Positions 47,433-60,019 of a stretch of 64,000 bases of DNA are shown piece after piece. The notes below the pieces were generated by a model. The model saw nothing but the letters and a program-made list of their open reading frames with translations, made no database searches and was not told the origin of the DNA. The stretch is from the human T2T-CHM13v2.0 reference genome, Homo sapiens. Position numbers and translations under genes: made by a program. How positions within the stretch are numbered: position 1 is the stretch's first letter; each line of letters begins with the position of its first letter. The stretch spans positions 21,440,001 through 21,504,000 of the forward strand of contig CP068257.2 of assembly GCA_009914755.4 (NCBI GenBank). The letters run 5' to 3'.

Positions 47433-47613
47433 TCATTTTCACACCTAGCAACGGCAGGTGGCGTCCTTGTGGTGGTGCACCTCTCTAACACTTCTTTCAT
47501 CTCCACATTTTTCATTAACCACAGCAAGGAATGATTCTGTGTTTCGTCATTCATGTGATTAAATTGTAGCCACCTGGATAACCTAGGATCTCTCTTCATC
47601 TCAAGATGCTTAA
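47433..47613 (-). mobile_element. MLT1 LTR internal fragment, about 88% identical to 44213-44400
   Basis: The sequence ttcattttcacacctagcaacggcaggtggcgtccttgtggtggtgcacctctctaacacttctttcatctcc...gtgattaaattgtagccacctggataacctaggatctctcttcatctcaagatgcttaa aligns base for base with 44213-44400. Confidence 0.5.
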
Positions 47614-47890
47614 AAACAAGCATGACCTGGGACATGAAATTCTTTGCATTGTTATAGAAATGACAATTCTGCTTAATCAAAAATACAATAAAAATATTTT
47701 TAAAATTGTCTTGTATTTCTCCATGATTTTTAAATTTTGACTAGAAATACTTTATTGTACAGATTTATCATCTCTACTCTGTCATAGATGAAAATGTCAA
47801 TCTATATCTCAGAAAAACTATTCACTATAAAAATAAAATTTCCTATTTTATCTTAATATTTCTTATTGAGTGATAAAATACAGTTTTTTT

Positions 47891-48190
47891 GCTGGGCATG
47901 GTGGCTCACGCCTGTAATCCCAGCACTTTGGGAGGCCAAGGTGGGTGGATCACGAGGTCAGGAGTTCAAGACCAGCCTGGCCAAGATGGCGAAACCCTGT
48001 CTCTACTAAAAATACAAAAAATTAGCAGGGCGTGGTGGCACGCGCCTGTAATCCCAGCTACTCTGGAGGCTGAGGCAGAGAATTACTTGAAACCTGGAGG
48101 GGTGGAGGTTGCGGTGAGCTGAGATCGTGCCACTGCACTCCAGCCCGGGTGACAGAGTGAGACTCCGTCTCAAAAATAAAAAAAAAAAAT
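47891..48190 (+). mobile_element. Alu (AluY-like, low divergence), full length
   Basis: The copy runs from gctgggcatggtggctcacgcctgtaatcccagcactttgggaggccaaggtgggtggatcacgaggtcaggagttcaagaccagcctggccaa to ccagcccgggtgacagagtgagactccgtctc plus poly-A. Confidence 0.95.
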
Positions 48191-48194
48191 ACAG

Positions 48195-48950
48195 TTATCT
48201 TTTAGCTCTCTTGTAAAACTAGTGGTTTGGGCATTTTTAAATTCCAATTATATGCATGGTGAATGATCTCTTTAATGTACTGTTGAATTTTGCTTGCTAG
48301 AATTTTGTTGAGAACTTTTTTGCTGTGTTCATCAGGGATGTTGGCCTGTAATTTTCTCTTCTTGTAGCGTCCTTCTCTCGCTATGATATCAAGGTAATAC
48401 TGGCCTCATAAAACAAGATTGTAAGTATTCTTTCTTCTTCAGTTTTATGGAAGAGTTTGAGATGGATTGTTCTTTAAATGTTTGAGAGAATTCACCTGTG
48501 AAAGTATCAGGTTTTGTGCTTTACTTAAATGGGAGATTTTTTATTACTGATTGAACCTCTTTATGAGTTATTGGTTTGTTTAGATTTTCTATTTCTTCAT
48601 AATTCAGTCTTGATAAGTTACATTGTGTCTAAGAATTTATCAATTTCTTCAACATTAACCAATTTGCAGGCATATAATTTTTCATGGTATCTTGTAATGA
48701 TCCTTTGTATTTATGTGGTTTTGGCAGAATGTCTCCTCTTTCATTTCTGATCTTGTTTATCATCAAAAAGAGTCATTTCTTTTTTATTTACTGTGGATAT
48801 AGGTTGGTTAATTTTGTTTATTTTTTCACAAACCAACTCTTCTTTTGTTGACTTTATCTTTTTTAGTCTCTATTTATTCATTTCTGCTCTGATCTTTATT
48901 ATTTCTTTCCTTCTGCTAACTTTGCAGAATTGTGAAGTTTTAACGTAACT
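48195..48950 (-). mobile_element. Old L1 (L1M/L1PB-like) ORF2 segment, inverted relative to the adjacent segment
   Basis: The sequence ...tccttctctcgctatgatatcaaggtaatactggcctcataaaacaag... is antisense to the L1 ORF2 region encoding SFYEASIILIPKP. The flanking sequence shows further degenerate L1 ORF2 antisense. Confidence 0.55.
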
Positions 48951-48959
48951 GAAAATACC

Positions 48960-49950
48960 AGGAAACTGAATTCAATAGCATGTTAAAAGAATCATTCACA
49001 ATGATAAAATGGGGTTTATCTCAGGGATGTTTCAACATATGCAAATCTATAAATATGATAAACCACATTAACAAAATGAAGGACAGAACTGTTATTATCG
49101 TCTCTAGATTCAGAAAATGCATTTGACAAAATTCAACATTCTTTCATTATAAAAACTCTCAACATGTTAGTTATAGAAGAAATGTACCTTAACACAGTAA
49201 AGGCCATATATGACAAACCCACAGTTAATATACACAAAAGTGAGAAGTTGAAAGATTTTTATTTAAGACAGGGAATGAGAGAAGGATGCCTACTCTTGCC
49301 GCCACTATTCAACATATTACTAAAAGTCCTAGCCTGAGAAATTAGGCAAGAGATAGAAATAAAAGATCCAAATTGAAAAGGAAGAAGTTAAAGTGTCCCT
49401 GTTTGCATATTAAAGGATCTCTTGGACATTGACAAACATAAAAACTCAATAAAAAACTGTTAGAGCTTATAAACAAATTCACTAAAGTTGCAGAATATAA
49501 ACTGCATACAAAATAGTTTATGATACTTTACCTGGGAAAAATTTTGAATTGAAGATTTGAATGTTGATAATACTCCAAAAATTATTTAGGACTATATATT
49601 GTATTATGCTAAAGAAGAATTATATACAATCATTTATCAAATAATTGCTGAGGACCTACTAGACATCAGAAAATGAGAACAAGAAGACAAAGGTGAAAAA
49701 TGGCCATAGAATTTGGCTGCTAAGATGTAACCTGTAGTTCCCCTATACAAGACAAACAGTTGCATGTAAAGTTAACAAAAGAGTAAAAAATCAAGCTAAC
49801 ACTCCACACTCACTATGGTAATGAAAAGCAACAGCAATACTACTCTGGAATCATATCTGTACAAAGGAACAATATAAAAAGTTATGTCAGTATAAAAATA
49901 AGCCAAAATCCTTCTCTTTGGCTAGCATAAGTGGCAACTGCCTTTTTACC
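48960..49950 (+). mobile_element. Old L1 ORF2 reverse-transcriptase-domain segment (sense)
   Basis: Plus-strand translation gives ...GMFQHMQIYKYDKPH.QNEGQNCYYRL.IQKMHLTKFNILSL.KLSTC...TYLNTVKAIYDKPTVNIHKSEKLKDFYLRQGMREGCLLLPPLFNILLKVLA.EIRQEIEIKDPN.KGRS.SVPVCILKDLLD...NKFTKVAEYKLHTK, recognisably related, though heavily degraded, to the L1 ORF2 consensus [37 protein letters not shown]...[22 protein letters not shown]...[34 protein letters not shown]...SNFSKVSGYKINVQK. Confidence 0.7.
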
Positions 49951-51109
49951 AATGGCAACTCTAGCCCTGCTTCATTCCTCTCACCTTATAGATAAGAATT
50001 ATTTCGATATCCAATTGTTGAATTGCCCCTCTTTTTTGGCAGCATGTTATCCAGAACAAATTGTTGCTTCTTTGAATCCCCTCCGAAATCACTTAATACA
50101 AGTGAAAATCCTATAGCAAGACCCTTCTAACTCTCTTACTGACACATTCTCAATTCCTTTAATGCCATCTCTTCTTTAGTTAAGCAAGTTAATAAGCCTA
50201 GCTTTTTTTTTTTTTAACCAAGTTGTTTTCTAGGTTGTCTTTTGGCACTAGACTTTAACAATACTGTGCCAAAAAATAAGTTCAGTGTTGTTGGAACTTA
50301 ATTTTCAACAGAGTTGTATGTGACAATATTGAAAAGGCTAAAAAGGGTCAGTTTATGCAAAGCCAAATAGGCATCATTAACGTTTATTTTCTTGAATTTT
50401 ATATTTATCATATATACATGTTAATTTAGAGAGGTTTCATAATTGATACTTATAGTATATAATATTTAGTTTATATTTTTACTACATATGTATGTAGATG
50501 CAGGCATACATATGGATGTCAGTTCTATTTTTCTTTTCAGTTTTACTAGGGTTTTCTATGTTGCCTCATTCAGCCTTTATGTGTATTTATCTTACATTTA
50601 TTATTTCAATGACAATCAATGTAGCCCTGGGTCTTTATATCGATGTAAGTTTCTACATTTTTTTTTTACCACAGCAATCAACCAATCCAACAGTGCTTCT
50701 GTTTCATGAGTTTGAAACAGGATATTTCATGTCACTTTGGCCACAAGTTGAAAATTACATACTTTAGTCACCAGTGCAGCAGCAGTGTATAACAATATGG
50801 AAGTTCAAAGTTACAAGTATGCAAACAAACAAAATCTGATAGTATAATTATTTCTAATATCTTTTAAAATCTTATATCCTATCTGAAGTTCTGCAGAAAA
50901 TTTGCTAAGTTATGCACAAAGGACTGGGATTCTTACTTCAATTTATCTTAACAATTAGAGTAAAGGGAGTTGAAAATATCACCATCATTAACTAATAAGG
51001 GAAACACTCTGGAAATTGCTTTTTAGGAAGAAATAACATTAGGTTTTTCTGTTCATGGGAACACAGAATTAACAGCATCTTGCTAAATGGCTATAAAGCC
51101 TTAACATAT

Positions 51110-52155
51110 TGGGGGAACCCGCCCCCGATAATTCAACGTGAGTCCTTTTCTATTTTCCCTAAGTGTCGGCTGGTCTGAGAAATAAAGGGAAAGAGTACAA
51201 AAGAGACAAATCTTAAAGTTGGGTGTCCAGGACAGACATCACATGTCGGCAGGTTCTGTGATGCCCCCCCAAGCAGCAAAACCAGCAAGTTTTTATTAGT
51301 GATTTTCAAAAGAGGAGGGAGTTTATGAATAGTGTGTGGGTCACAGAGATCACATGCTTCACAAGGTAATAAAATATCACAAGGCAAATGGAGGCAGGGC
51401 AAGATCACAGGATGGGGTGAAATTAAAATTGCTAATGAAGTTTCAGGCATGCGTTGTCATTGATAACATCTTATCAGGAGACAGGGTTTGAAAGCAGACA
51501 ACCGGTCTGACCAAAATTTAGTAGGCGGGAATTTCCTCATAAGCCTGGGAGCACTACTGGAGAGTGGGGCTTATTTCTTCCCTTATCAACAACCATAAAA
51601 GACAGAGGTCCCCATAGCAGCCATTTTAGAGGCCTACCCCTAGGAACACATTCTCTTTCTCAGGGCTGTTCCTTGCTGAGAAAAAGAATTCAGCGTTATT
51701 TCTCCTATTTGCTTTTGAAAGAAGAGAAATATGGCTCTGTTCTGCCCGCCTCTCAGGCAGCCAGACCTAATGGTTATCTCCCTTATTCCCTGAACATCAC
51801 TGTTATCCTGTTCTTTTTTCAAGGTGCCCAGATTTCATATTGTTTAAACAATTTGGCAGTTAACGCAATCATCACAGGTTCCTGAGGTGACATTCATCCT
51901 CAGCTTACAAAGATGATGGGATTAAGAGATTAAAGAGAGGCATAGGAAATCACAAGAGTATTGATTGGGGAAGTGATAAATGTCCATGAAACCTTCACAA
52001 TTTGTGTTCAGAGATTGAAGTAAAGACAGGCGTAAGAAATTATAAAAGTATTCATTTGGGGAACTAATAAATATCCATGAAATCTTCACAATTTATGTTC
52101 TTCTGCCATGGCTTCAGCCGGTCCCTCCGTTCAGGGTCTCTGACTTCCCGCAACA
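51110..52155 (-). mobile_element. Solo ERV LTR of about 1.05 kb, likely an ERVK-type (HERV-K-group) LTR, flanked by a TTAACAT target-site duplication
   Basis: The reverse complement reads TGTTGCGGGAAGTCAGAGACCCTGAACGGAGGGACCGGCTGAAGCCATGGCAGAAGAACATAAATTGTGAAGATTTCATGG......GGGTTCCCCCA, with TG...CA termini. ttaacat is repeated at 51101-51107 and 52156-52162. An internal tandem duplication of about 80-90 bp lies at 51939-52105. Confidence 0.6.
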
Positions 52156-53451
52156 TTAACATGTAAATGTCAGGTGATTTGCAGTGATCTAGCCAAAGAC
52201 TGGCAGATCATTTCAATCCATCAATTGTGCTAAGAGCATTAAATAACACATATTATAATTAAGCTATTTAATCTATTGACCCAATGCTATGATTAGAATC
52301 TGGAAGAAATTAGACAAATAATTACATGACAGATTTAGAAAGGAGAAATAAACCAGATAGCGGATTAATCCGTTATTTCTTTGAAGATATTTAGGGCAAG
52401 TGTAGCTGTTGTTCCATTTTTTTTAAAAAAAATGAGGAGACCCTCATTCTAATATTAAGCTATCAATCTCTAAGAAACAAATATCTTTTGGGAGTTAACC
52501 GTTACTTACAATAACAGTAAGCAACTCAACAAATATAATTATTCCTGGACTAATTATAGTATTCTATCATGAAACAAGTGCTTACTAATCAGATTTCCAA
52601 TGAGACCATTACTCTTCAGAAAGAGACTGCCTGAGGGGTAGCATAAAAAACCCCTTGTCCCTGTTACCACACCAAATTAAAAACTCCCTAGTTCTTTCAA
52701 ATACATGTAAGACATATGTCTTGCCCATGTTTTTAAGATCTCTAAAACTTTCAGGACCACCATAGACTACTCTTGTTCTCTGAGAACAGATACTGTCACA
52801 CACCAAGAAGTCTGTTTGAAGAGGTAGAGACCTCCATCTTTCAAAACCTAGTTTTAAGACCCAGACATAAATCTGGACTAGAGGCCATAGATGCTTCTTT
52901 CTAGAAGCTAAAAGCCTCCTGAAACCATTTTTTAAAAGTGTTTACCTGAAACACAATATGCCTCATATTATTGTCCTGACAACCATCATGAGGAAATTGT
53001 TTCTTTTCATCTCCTACTCTACTTTTATCCCTATAATATTGTTTTTTACTTCACTATTTCTGATCTCTTTTTTCTAAAATCACACCCAATCATTGGAAAG
53101 GCACTGCATCCAATGTAAGTAGGAGAAATGTCTGATTCATTGGTTTAATGGGAAGAGGGAACAGCACAATCACAAGGGGGGGGGATGGATTAATTAATCT
53201 GAAGACATGTTCATAGGATAAGTACGAAGCAGTCAGACTAGAGGAGGTTTTGCAAAGGTATTAAGTGTATCTGAATGTTTCCAATGCTAGCACTACAAAA
53301 ACATTTGATTTAAAACAAAATTACAAACTTTATTTCAGTCAGATTATTAGATCAACAACTTCCATCAGCTCAATCCATCTGAAGCAGCTTTGAATTTTAC
53401 TTTCTATAATAGATTGTTATGTTTAACATATCTATATGTTAAAAGATATGT

Positions 53452-53978
53452 AGAATTAGGGAATCTATTAATATGTTCCTTCAATACAGGGGTCAATAAA
53501 TTTTTTTCAGTAAGGGCCAGATAGCAAATATTTTAGGCTTCACAGGCTAGTCTTCATGGGAACTATTAAACTTTGAAATAATAGCATGAAAGCCATCACA
53601 TATAATAGAGAAATTAATGTGCAGAGCTGTGTATATAAAAGATATATAGTAAAACAAGAGAAAGCAAGATTTGATAGATACCATATCTACTAAAGTAGGC
53701 ATCTGTGAACTGCCTGGAGACAAAAATCCTACCTACTGTAATTTTGAGTGTGTGTGTGTGTTTATTTTTAAATAAACTCTAATAAACTCTATTAGAACAC
53801 AGTTACACACATTAATTTCTCTATTATATGTGATGGCTTTCATGCTATTGTGGCAAAGTTGAATAGTTCTGATGAAGGCTAGCCTGTAAAGCCTAAAATA
53901 TTTGCTATCTGGCCCTTATTGAAAAAAATGCATTGACCCCTGTATTAAAGGAACATTTTAATAGAATCCCTAATTCAA
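53452..53978. mobile_element. Palindromic MITE-like nonautonomous DNA-transposon relic with arms of about 180 bp and a central region of about 190 bp
   Basis: The left arm gaattagggaatctattaatatgttccttcaatacaggggtcaataaatttttttcagtaagggccagatagcaaatattttaggcttcacaggctagtcttcat...catgaaagccatcacatataatagagaaattaatgtg is about 90% reverse-complementary to the right arm cacattaatttctctattatatgtgatggctttcatg...atgaaggctagcctgtaaagcctaaaatatttgctatctggcccttattgaaaaaaatgcattgacccctgtattaaaggaacattttaatagaatccctaattc. Confidence 0.7.
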
Positions 53979-55157
53979 ATAATTTAAACAAGACATTTTT
54001 TGTTATAGTTTTAAAGTATGTAGTTATTCATGTATTGTAATAAATTTATCATTATCCAAATAATTGTGATAACTAATAATGTATAATTCTGTGCAATAAT
54101 GTTTCTATTTAAAAGTTATTAGTATATTTTTATGACAAATAAATACATATGCTATATAAATATAAAATATATTTATTTCAACTATCACTCCTACCAGGTA
54201 AGTTCAGTCTAGGGTTACAAACAGGAAGAAAAGCTTTATCTGGTCTCTTAGGGTTTATAGCCTGCTGATATATTTTTTCCCATTATTTTTTGATGCTTCT
54301 GTGAATAGTGCTAATACTTGCTGTCAAAGGTCTTTATAAATGTACCTTTTCACCTTTCTCCTATTTATCTCCAAATAGCTGACCTTTCCTGCTTGTCATA
54401 GCTGGCTCTGCTTCACCCTGATGCTAAAATTTTTGTCACAAGGGATGATGTTTTGGATTTGAGTCTGACAATAGCTGCACCTTTTACAACCACACAATGT
54501 GAATTTTGCAGCCTGGGATACTGTAGCTTCAGATCACTGCTGACCCATAGCATATATTAACCAATTGGACTCATTTTCTTTTGGTGCTCCGATATGTGGA
54601 GTTTGCCCTAATTTCAATGTTTTCTGTTAGAATATTCTATTTTTATTAAAGTAATTTTATATTTCACACAAATATTCCAGTTATTTCAGATTTTTTCTCC
54701 ACCATAGTAGTCAGATACAAGTCCACCAGAGTAGGTGTTGGAGATAATTCTAATGACAGAAACATTAGAAAATTCAAATATGCTTTTCTCCTCTGTTTTC
54801 TGAGCCAATATGATTGTACCAAATTGTCTTGTATAATCTACTTTTTTTCTTAAAATTAGTTAATTTCAAAAAGATTTTCCTTTCTAGGATTAAGGACCCA
54901 ATAAATTGATTGTCACTAATTATCCACCAATTCTCATAGTTTTGTTTATCAGTGACAAACTTAATTTATGCTCTATTAAAACTTCTACTATACAATCTCT
55001 CTAGGGAGAGAAGGATACTGACATTTAAATGGCAGGATTACACAACTGTAAAACATACATAAGGTTACCAAACTCTCCCTAAAAATTACACATAAGGAGC
55101 TTTACTAAATAGTAGGGAAAGATTATGAGTCACAGCATTTTCTCTGAATGCAGTGTA

Positions 55158-55632
55158 ACGTGAACCCCAAATATCTGAGCTAGGTCTCAGTCAGTTTAGG
55201 AAGTTTATTTTGCCAAAGTTAAGGATGTGCACCCATGACACAGCCTCAGGAGGTCCTATGACATGTGCCCAAGATAGTCCGAGCACAGTTTGGTTTTATA
55301 CATTTTAGGGAGACATGAGATGTCAATCAACATATGTAAGATGAACATTGGTTTGGTCCAAAAAGGCAGGACAACTCAAGTCAAAGGCAGGACAACTTGA
55401 AGTGGGGAGGGGGCTTCTGGGTAATAGGTAGGTAAGAGACAATTGGTTGCATTCTTTGAGTTTCTGATTAGCCTTTCCAAAGAAGCCTATCAGGTATGCA
55501 TTTATATCAGTGAGCACAGGGATGACAATGACTTTGAATAGAATGGGAAACAGGTTTGGCCTAAGCAGTTCCCAGCTTGACTTTTCCTTTTAGCTTAGTG
55601 ATTTTGGGACCCTAAGATATATTTTCCTTTCA
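55158..55632 (+). mobile_element. LTR-like repeat of about 480 bp, copy A (TG...CA termini; ERV LTR family not determined)
   Basis: The sequence from (c)gtgaaccccaaatatctgagctaggtctcagtcagtttaggaagtttattttgccaaagttaaggatgtgcaccc to cagttcccagcttgacttttccttttagcttagtgattttgggaccctaagatatattttcctttca is about 90% identical to 61876-62356. Confidence 0.5.
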
Positions 55633-58600
55633 CATTTGCCCACTTTCTTTTTAAAATCTTTGAGAGAAAGAATTTTAGAAGAAAATGAGTCTCTGGTCTC
55701 AGGTTTCCTATACTCTCTCATGGCTAGGAAGGTTTATTCCTAGATGGGTAGGTCACATTTTATTAGGAAATCTCATTTTTTAGCAGGTTGTGAAGTTTGA
55801 TATCCTATGAAGAGAAAATAAGGGGAGGAAGGGAGAAAACAACAACCAAAATCCATTTCCAGAAAATTCATATAGGTCATATTACTCTTAAGTCCATACA
55901 TCTGTAGGGAGGTATGAAAGTGGCAAATGTATGTAAATAGGTTGCAGTTATTTTCTTCTGAAGTGTGAGTTGTCTAGCTTCAGTTTGCAGGGCTTTAAGG
56001 AAGTGCAGCTTAGTTTTCAGTAATCGCAAATTAGAAAAAAATTGGAGGAAAAGTAAAGAAAGAAGAAAAAAATAAAAAAAAACATTATTTTGGAGACTTG
56101 TAGCCAGGAAAAATTAGATTCTAGTCTACTCTGTAGAAAATAATAAAAATTGAAAAACATAGGGCAGGACTAGAAGCTAACAACAGGTGGACTATAGTTT
56201 TTGAAACATAATTTTTCTCTCTCCAGTTTCCTAGTTTTACTAAAGAAAAATCATGGTAGAATCAATTTGCTTTATTATACTTAGCCAGATTATTTGTATA
56301 AAGTGCAAGAATAATTATTTTTTACGTAGGTTTTTTTTCTCCAATGGTGTCCTGGTACAAAAGGAAATATTCTTATTGCACTTATGCAAATAACTATATT
56401 GTCATAAGTTAAGTATATTCAGAAATAGTTTCCAAATTCTGGAGAAATCAGGTAGAGAGAAACAAATATGCTCCAAATTTTGTGCACAGGAGTATAATTT
56501 ACTCAATTGCTACAAGTCGTAAATAGCTCAAATAAAAAGTTTTCTTGACTCTGTTAAACAAAACAAAGGTTCAACAATGTTTTAAGCAAAAAAGTCAAAA
56601 GATTACTTGAGTCTTGTATTAGTTCATTTCATGCAGTTAACTCCCGTTCTGCATGATATTCATGAACATTCCAGCTCTCTATGAGAGTCATGAAAGTTAT
56701 TTTCCTCTATTCTAGTGAACAATCTCCAAAGTTATCAGAACCCTGTATTCAAGAACACTTGTTAAAGTTTTATATCTAATTATAAAACCACCTTCTAAAG
56801 TGGACCAAAACAAGGCAACAGTTGTCAGTGAATGACATAATGTTTTAGGACAGACACAGTCAAAGACACTATTGACAAGGAAATTTGTTACCTCTGTAGC
56901 ACACAATAATTTAATATAACAATTATAATCATTACTGAGAATGTATACTAAGTCATGTCAGAATTATAGAGCTTCCCATAATTTTGTAACACATACCAAT
57001 AAGATATTTATACAAATACATCCCAAAGAAAGCTAAACACCATTTCATATTTGACAATACTCCCTGTATGATTTTTATAACAAAAAAATGTCATTTTTGG
57101 ACTTTAGGGAATCTAATATCTTAAAAGATTAATCAGGTCAGAAAAAGACATAATTTATATTTGACTTTGGAAAGTTTGTCAAATATCAAGGGTTTATAAC
57201 ATTTGATATCACAAAATAGGATCAAAGATCATTGCAAAATAAGTCATTCATTTAACCATAGTGATAACTCAAGGATTTCAAAAACAGGTGAAAACCTTCA
57301 TTCTTTGAGAGAAGAGACTTAATATTCCAAACAATAAGCCCTAATAAAAACAACATGAAGCTAATTAAATTTATTTTTCAAAATTTTATCAACAATCTAT
57401 AACATTTTGGTCATCTTGACCATAACATATAATTTTCCTGTCTTTTATAACCTTTACAACTTTTATTAAGGAGCCAGCTAGTGTTTCATGAAACCCTGGT
57501 ACTTGGACAGGTGTCTATATGCTTTTCTTGCATCAGTGTGCCTTTTACATTAATGGCTAATTTATAGAGAAAATAAACTTACGTTATCTCTCAAAATCAG
57601 CCCTTATAATCTCAGGCACTCACCTCTTCCATGATAGTTACTGGAATTTGAGAAGTTGAAGTTTAATTTCTGGCCCTGTGTCTCACAAACACAGCTTATT
57701 TTGATGGACAGCTTCTGAAGATAAGGCTTTAACTGCTGTCAGTGTTGAGATTCAGCAGGATTTGGTGTCCTTTTAGACACAGAAGTCGAAGCCCAGCAAC
57801 TTAAAGGCACAAGGACTTTAAAAGCACATACAGAAAGTTACAGGGATGTAATAACCTTAATTATAAAAAATCTTATTTTTTTCTAAGCAAACCAAATTTA
57901 GTAATAATAATATAGGAATTATTTTGAGAAAGTGTAAGTTCTGTTTTTTAGGAAAAAAAGTATAATGTCTTGTAATTTATTAAGAGTAAAGCGATACCTC
58001 AAGAAAATTTTGTAGTTTGAATAAATTCTTTAGTATATGTGTTTTTCTTAACCAAAAGTCAATTTCTAGAAATGCCATTATAATTTCCATTTAATTATTT
58101 ATAACTTTATTTTATAAGTTTTTTTTAAAATAAATCTTATTATGACATACACAGACCATTTATAACATGCTTAGACTTTCTGGTTTGTCCTGAACATTCC
58201 TCTTTCTTAAGCAACCATTCATTTTATTCTAGGACAAAATTTACCATACAAGATTCTTACTCATATAAAATTATTTCTCTTTAAGCCTTCTTACCAAAAA
58301 TTGCCTCTTTATTTCTACAACTTTCTTTACATCTCTCTTATTTCCTGGTTCCTTTTACCTTGTTTTATACATAACCTTTAAATAATCTTTGAATTAAACA
58401 AAAATTATTCACCCTTTTTAAAAAGGACTTTTTTTTAGAAAAAATGTTTTCTACAATATACTGTTATTGGAAAATACTCAAATAATGAAATATTTATTGT
58501 TTAATTAAATATAATTTTAGATTCTCAATTATGACAAGTTTGTCTACAAGTACTTATCCCATTCAATTTAACTAATTATTTTACTTTAATAATTTATCTA

Positions 58601-59735
58601 GATTATTTATGAAAACCACAAAAGTCATCAAGTAAAGTTATGAAACTGCCATTACAAAATTGGTACTGAGACAGTGAAAAATATCTGACCTAACTGACTC
58701 CATCTTGCTTGTAATCCCCTGGCTATTCTTATTCATTCCTGGGTGTAGGCCAAACTAACTTTGGGAGGAACTTAGTTTATAGTTTAGCTTTGAAACAAAG
58801 TCGATAACAGTCCTTCCTCCAAGCAAACCTCCTTCCTGCCTGGGAACTAGACCATCTAAAGCCACAAGATTAGATGTTATGTTTATTTTAGTAAATAATT
58901 CAATATTTTGCTATTTTCATCAAATCAGCGTCAATGTCTTATTTACTTAAAATTCTACAAGCAAAGATTATTCTGTTTTGGGATGGTTTATAGTTTTGAA
59001 ATCACTATGCCAAATTTTGACACCTGATAGTATTTGGCAGGGATAAGTATGAAATGTCTTCATCAATAAATGTAAACAAAATGTATGCTGGCATTTCTTA
59101 AGACATTTCTAATATTACTTTACCAATAATTTTAAAGCTAGCATTTTATTAAAAATTTTACTTAAGTCATGCAAACTTGAAAAAGCATTTGACCAGTCTT
59201 TCCTTTTTTTCTGATGAAGTATTTTATTTAAGGGCTTCTATTTTTCTTTAAGCCAATTAATTAGAGATCTTTTATATATTTTTAATGGTGAAACACTGTG
59301 TACACAACACATAATACATAGATGTATTGGCATACCGATAGTAGTATATCTTACAGATTCATAAAACCTTCTTTTTTCCCCTAACTAAAACTTGCAAACT
59401 CTTGATAAGCTGTTTCATTACCCTGGCAGTTGTCAGGTAAATAGCCCTAAATCTGTGTTTGAAGGAAACAACTCTTAGGTGAAAAATCAGACAGCAAAAT
59501 TTACATCCCAGGGTACAGACAGAAAAAGTCTGGTGGTGTGAGAGGGAGATTAAAGTTGTATGCCAAATGAAACATAAAATTAGAGAAATCTATCATAGGA
59601 CTGTATAAGGGGATCAATTTTATTTAGACAGAACTACCAATCTTTTAACTGCATCTCTGATCTCTGGGTAGAGCCCACATAGAATCCTGGGTCTCCAAAA
59701 AGGGAGGATTATTATTATTATTAATATATATATAT

Positions 59736-60019
59736 TTTTGAGATGGAGTCTCACTCTGTCACCCAGGCTGGAGTGCAGTAGCACAATCTCAGCTCACTGC
59801 AACCCCCACCTCCTGGGTTCAAGCGATTCTTCTGTCTCAGCCTCCAGAGTAACTGAAACTATAAGTGCGTTTCACCACACTTGGCTAATTTTTGTATTTT
59901 TAGTAGAAACAGGGTTTTACCATACTGGCCAGGCTGGTCTTGAACTCCTGACCCTGGGATCTGCCCGCCTCGGCCTCCCAAAGTGCTGTAATTACAGGTG
60001 TGAGCCACCACACCCAGCC
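59736..60019 (-). mobile_element. Alu with an intact target-site duplication of about 17 bp
   Basis: The Alu reverse complement is flanked by aaaaagggaggattattat (59697-59716, upstream of a TA-rich tail complement) and aaaaagggagaattattat (60021-60039). Confidence 0.95.
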
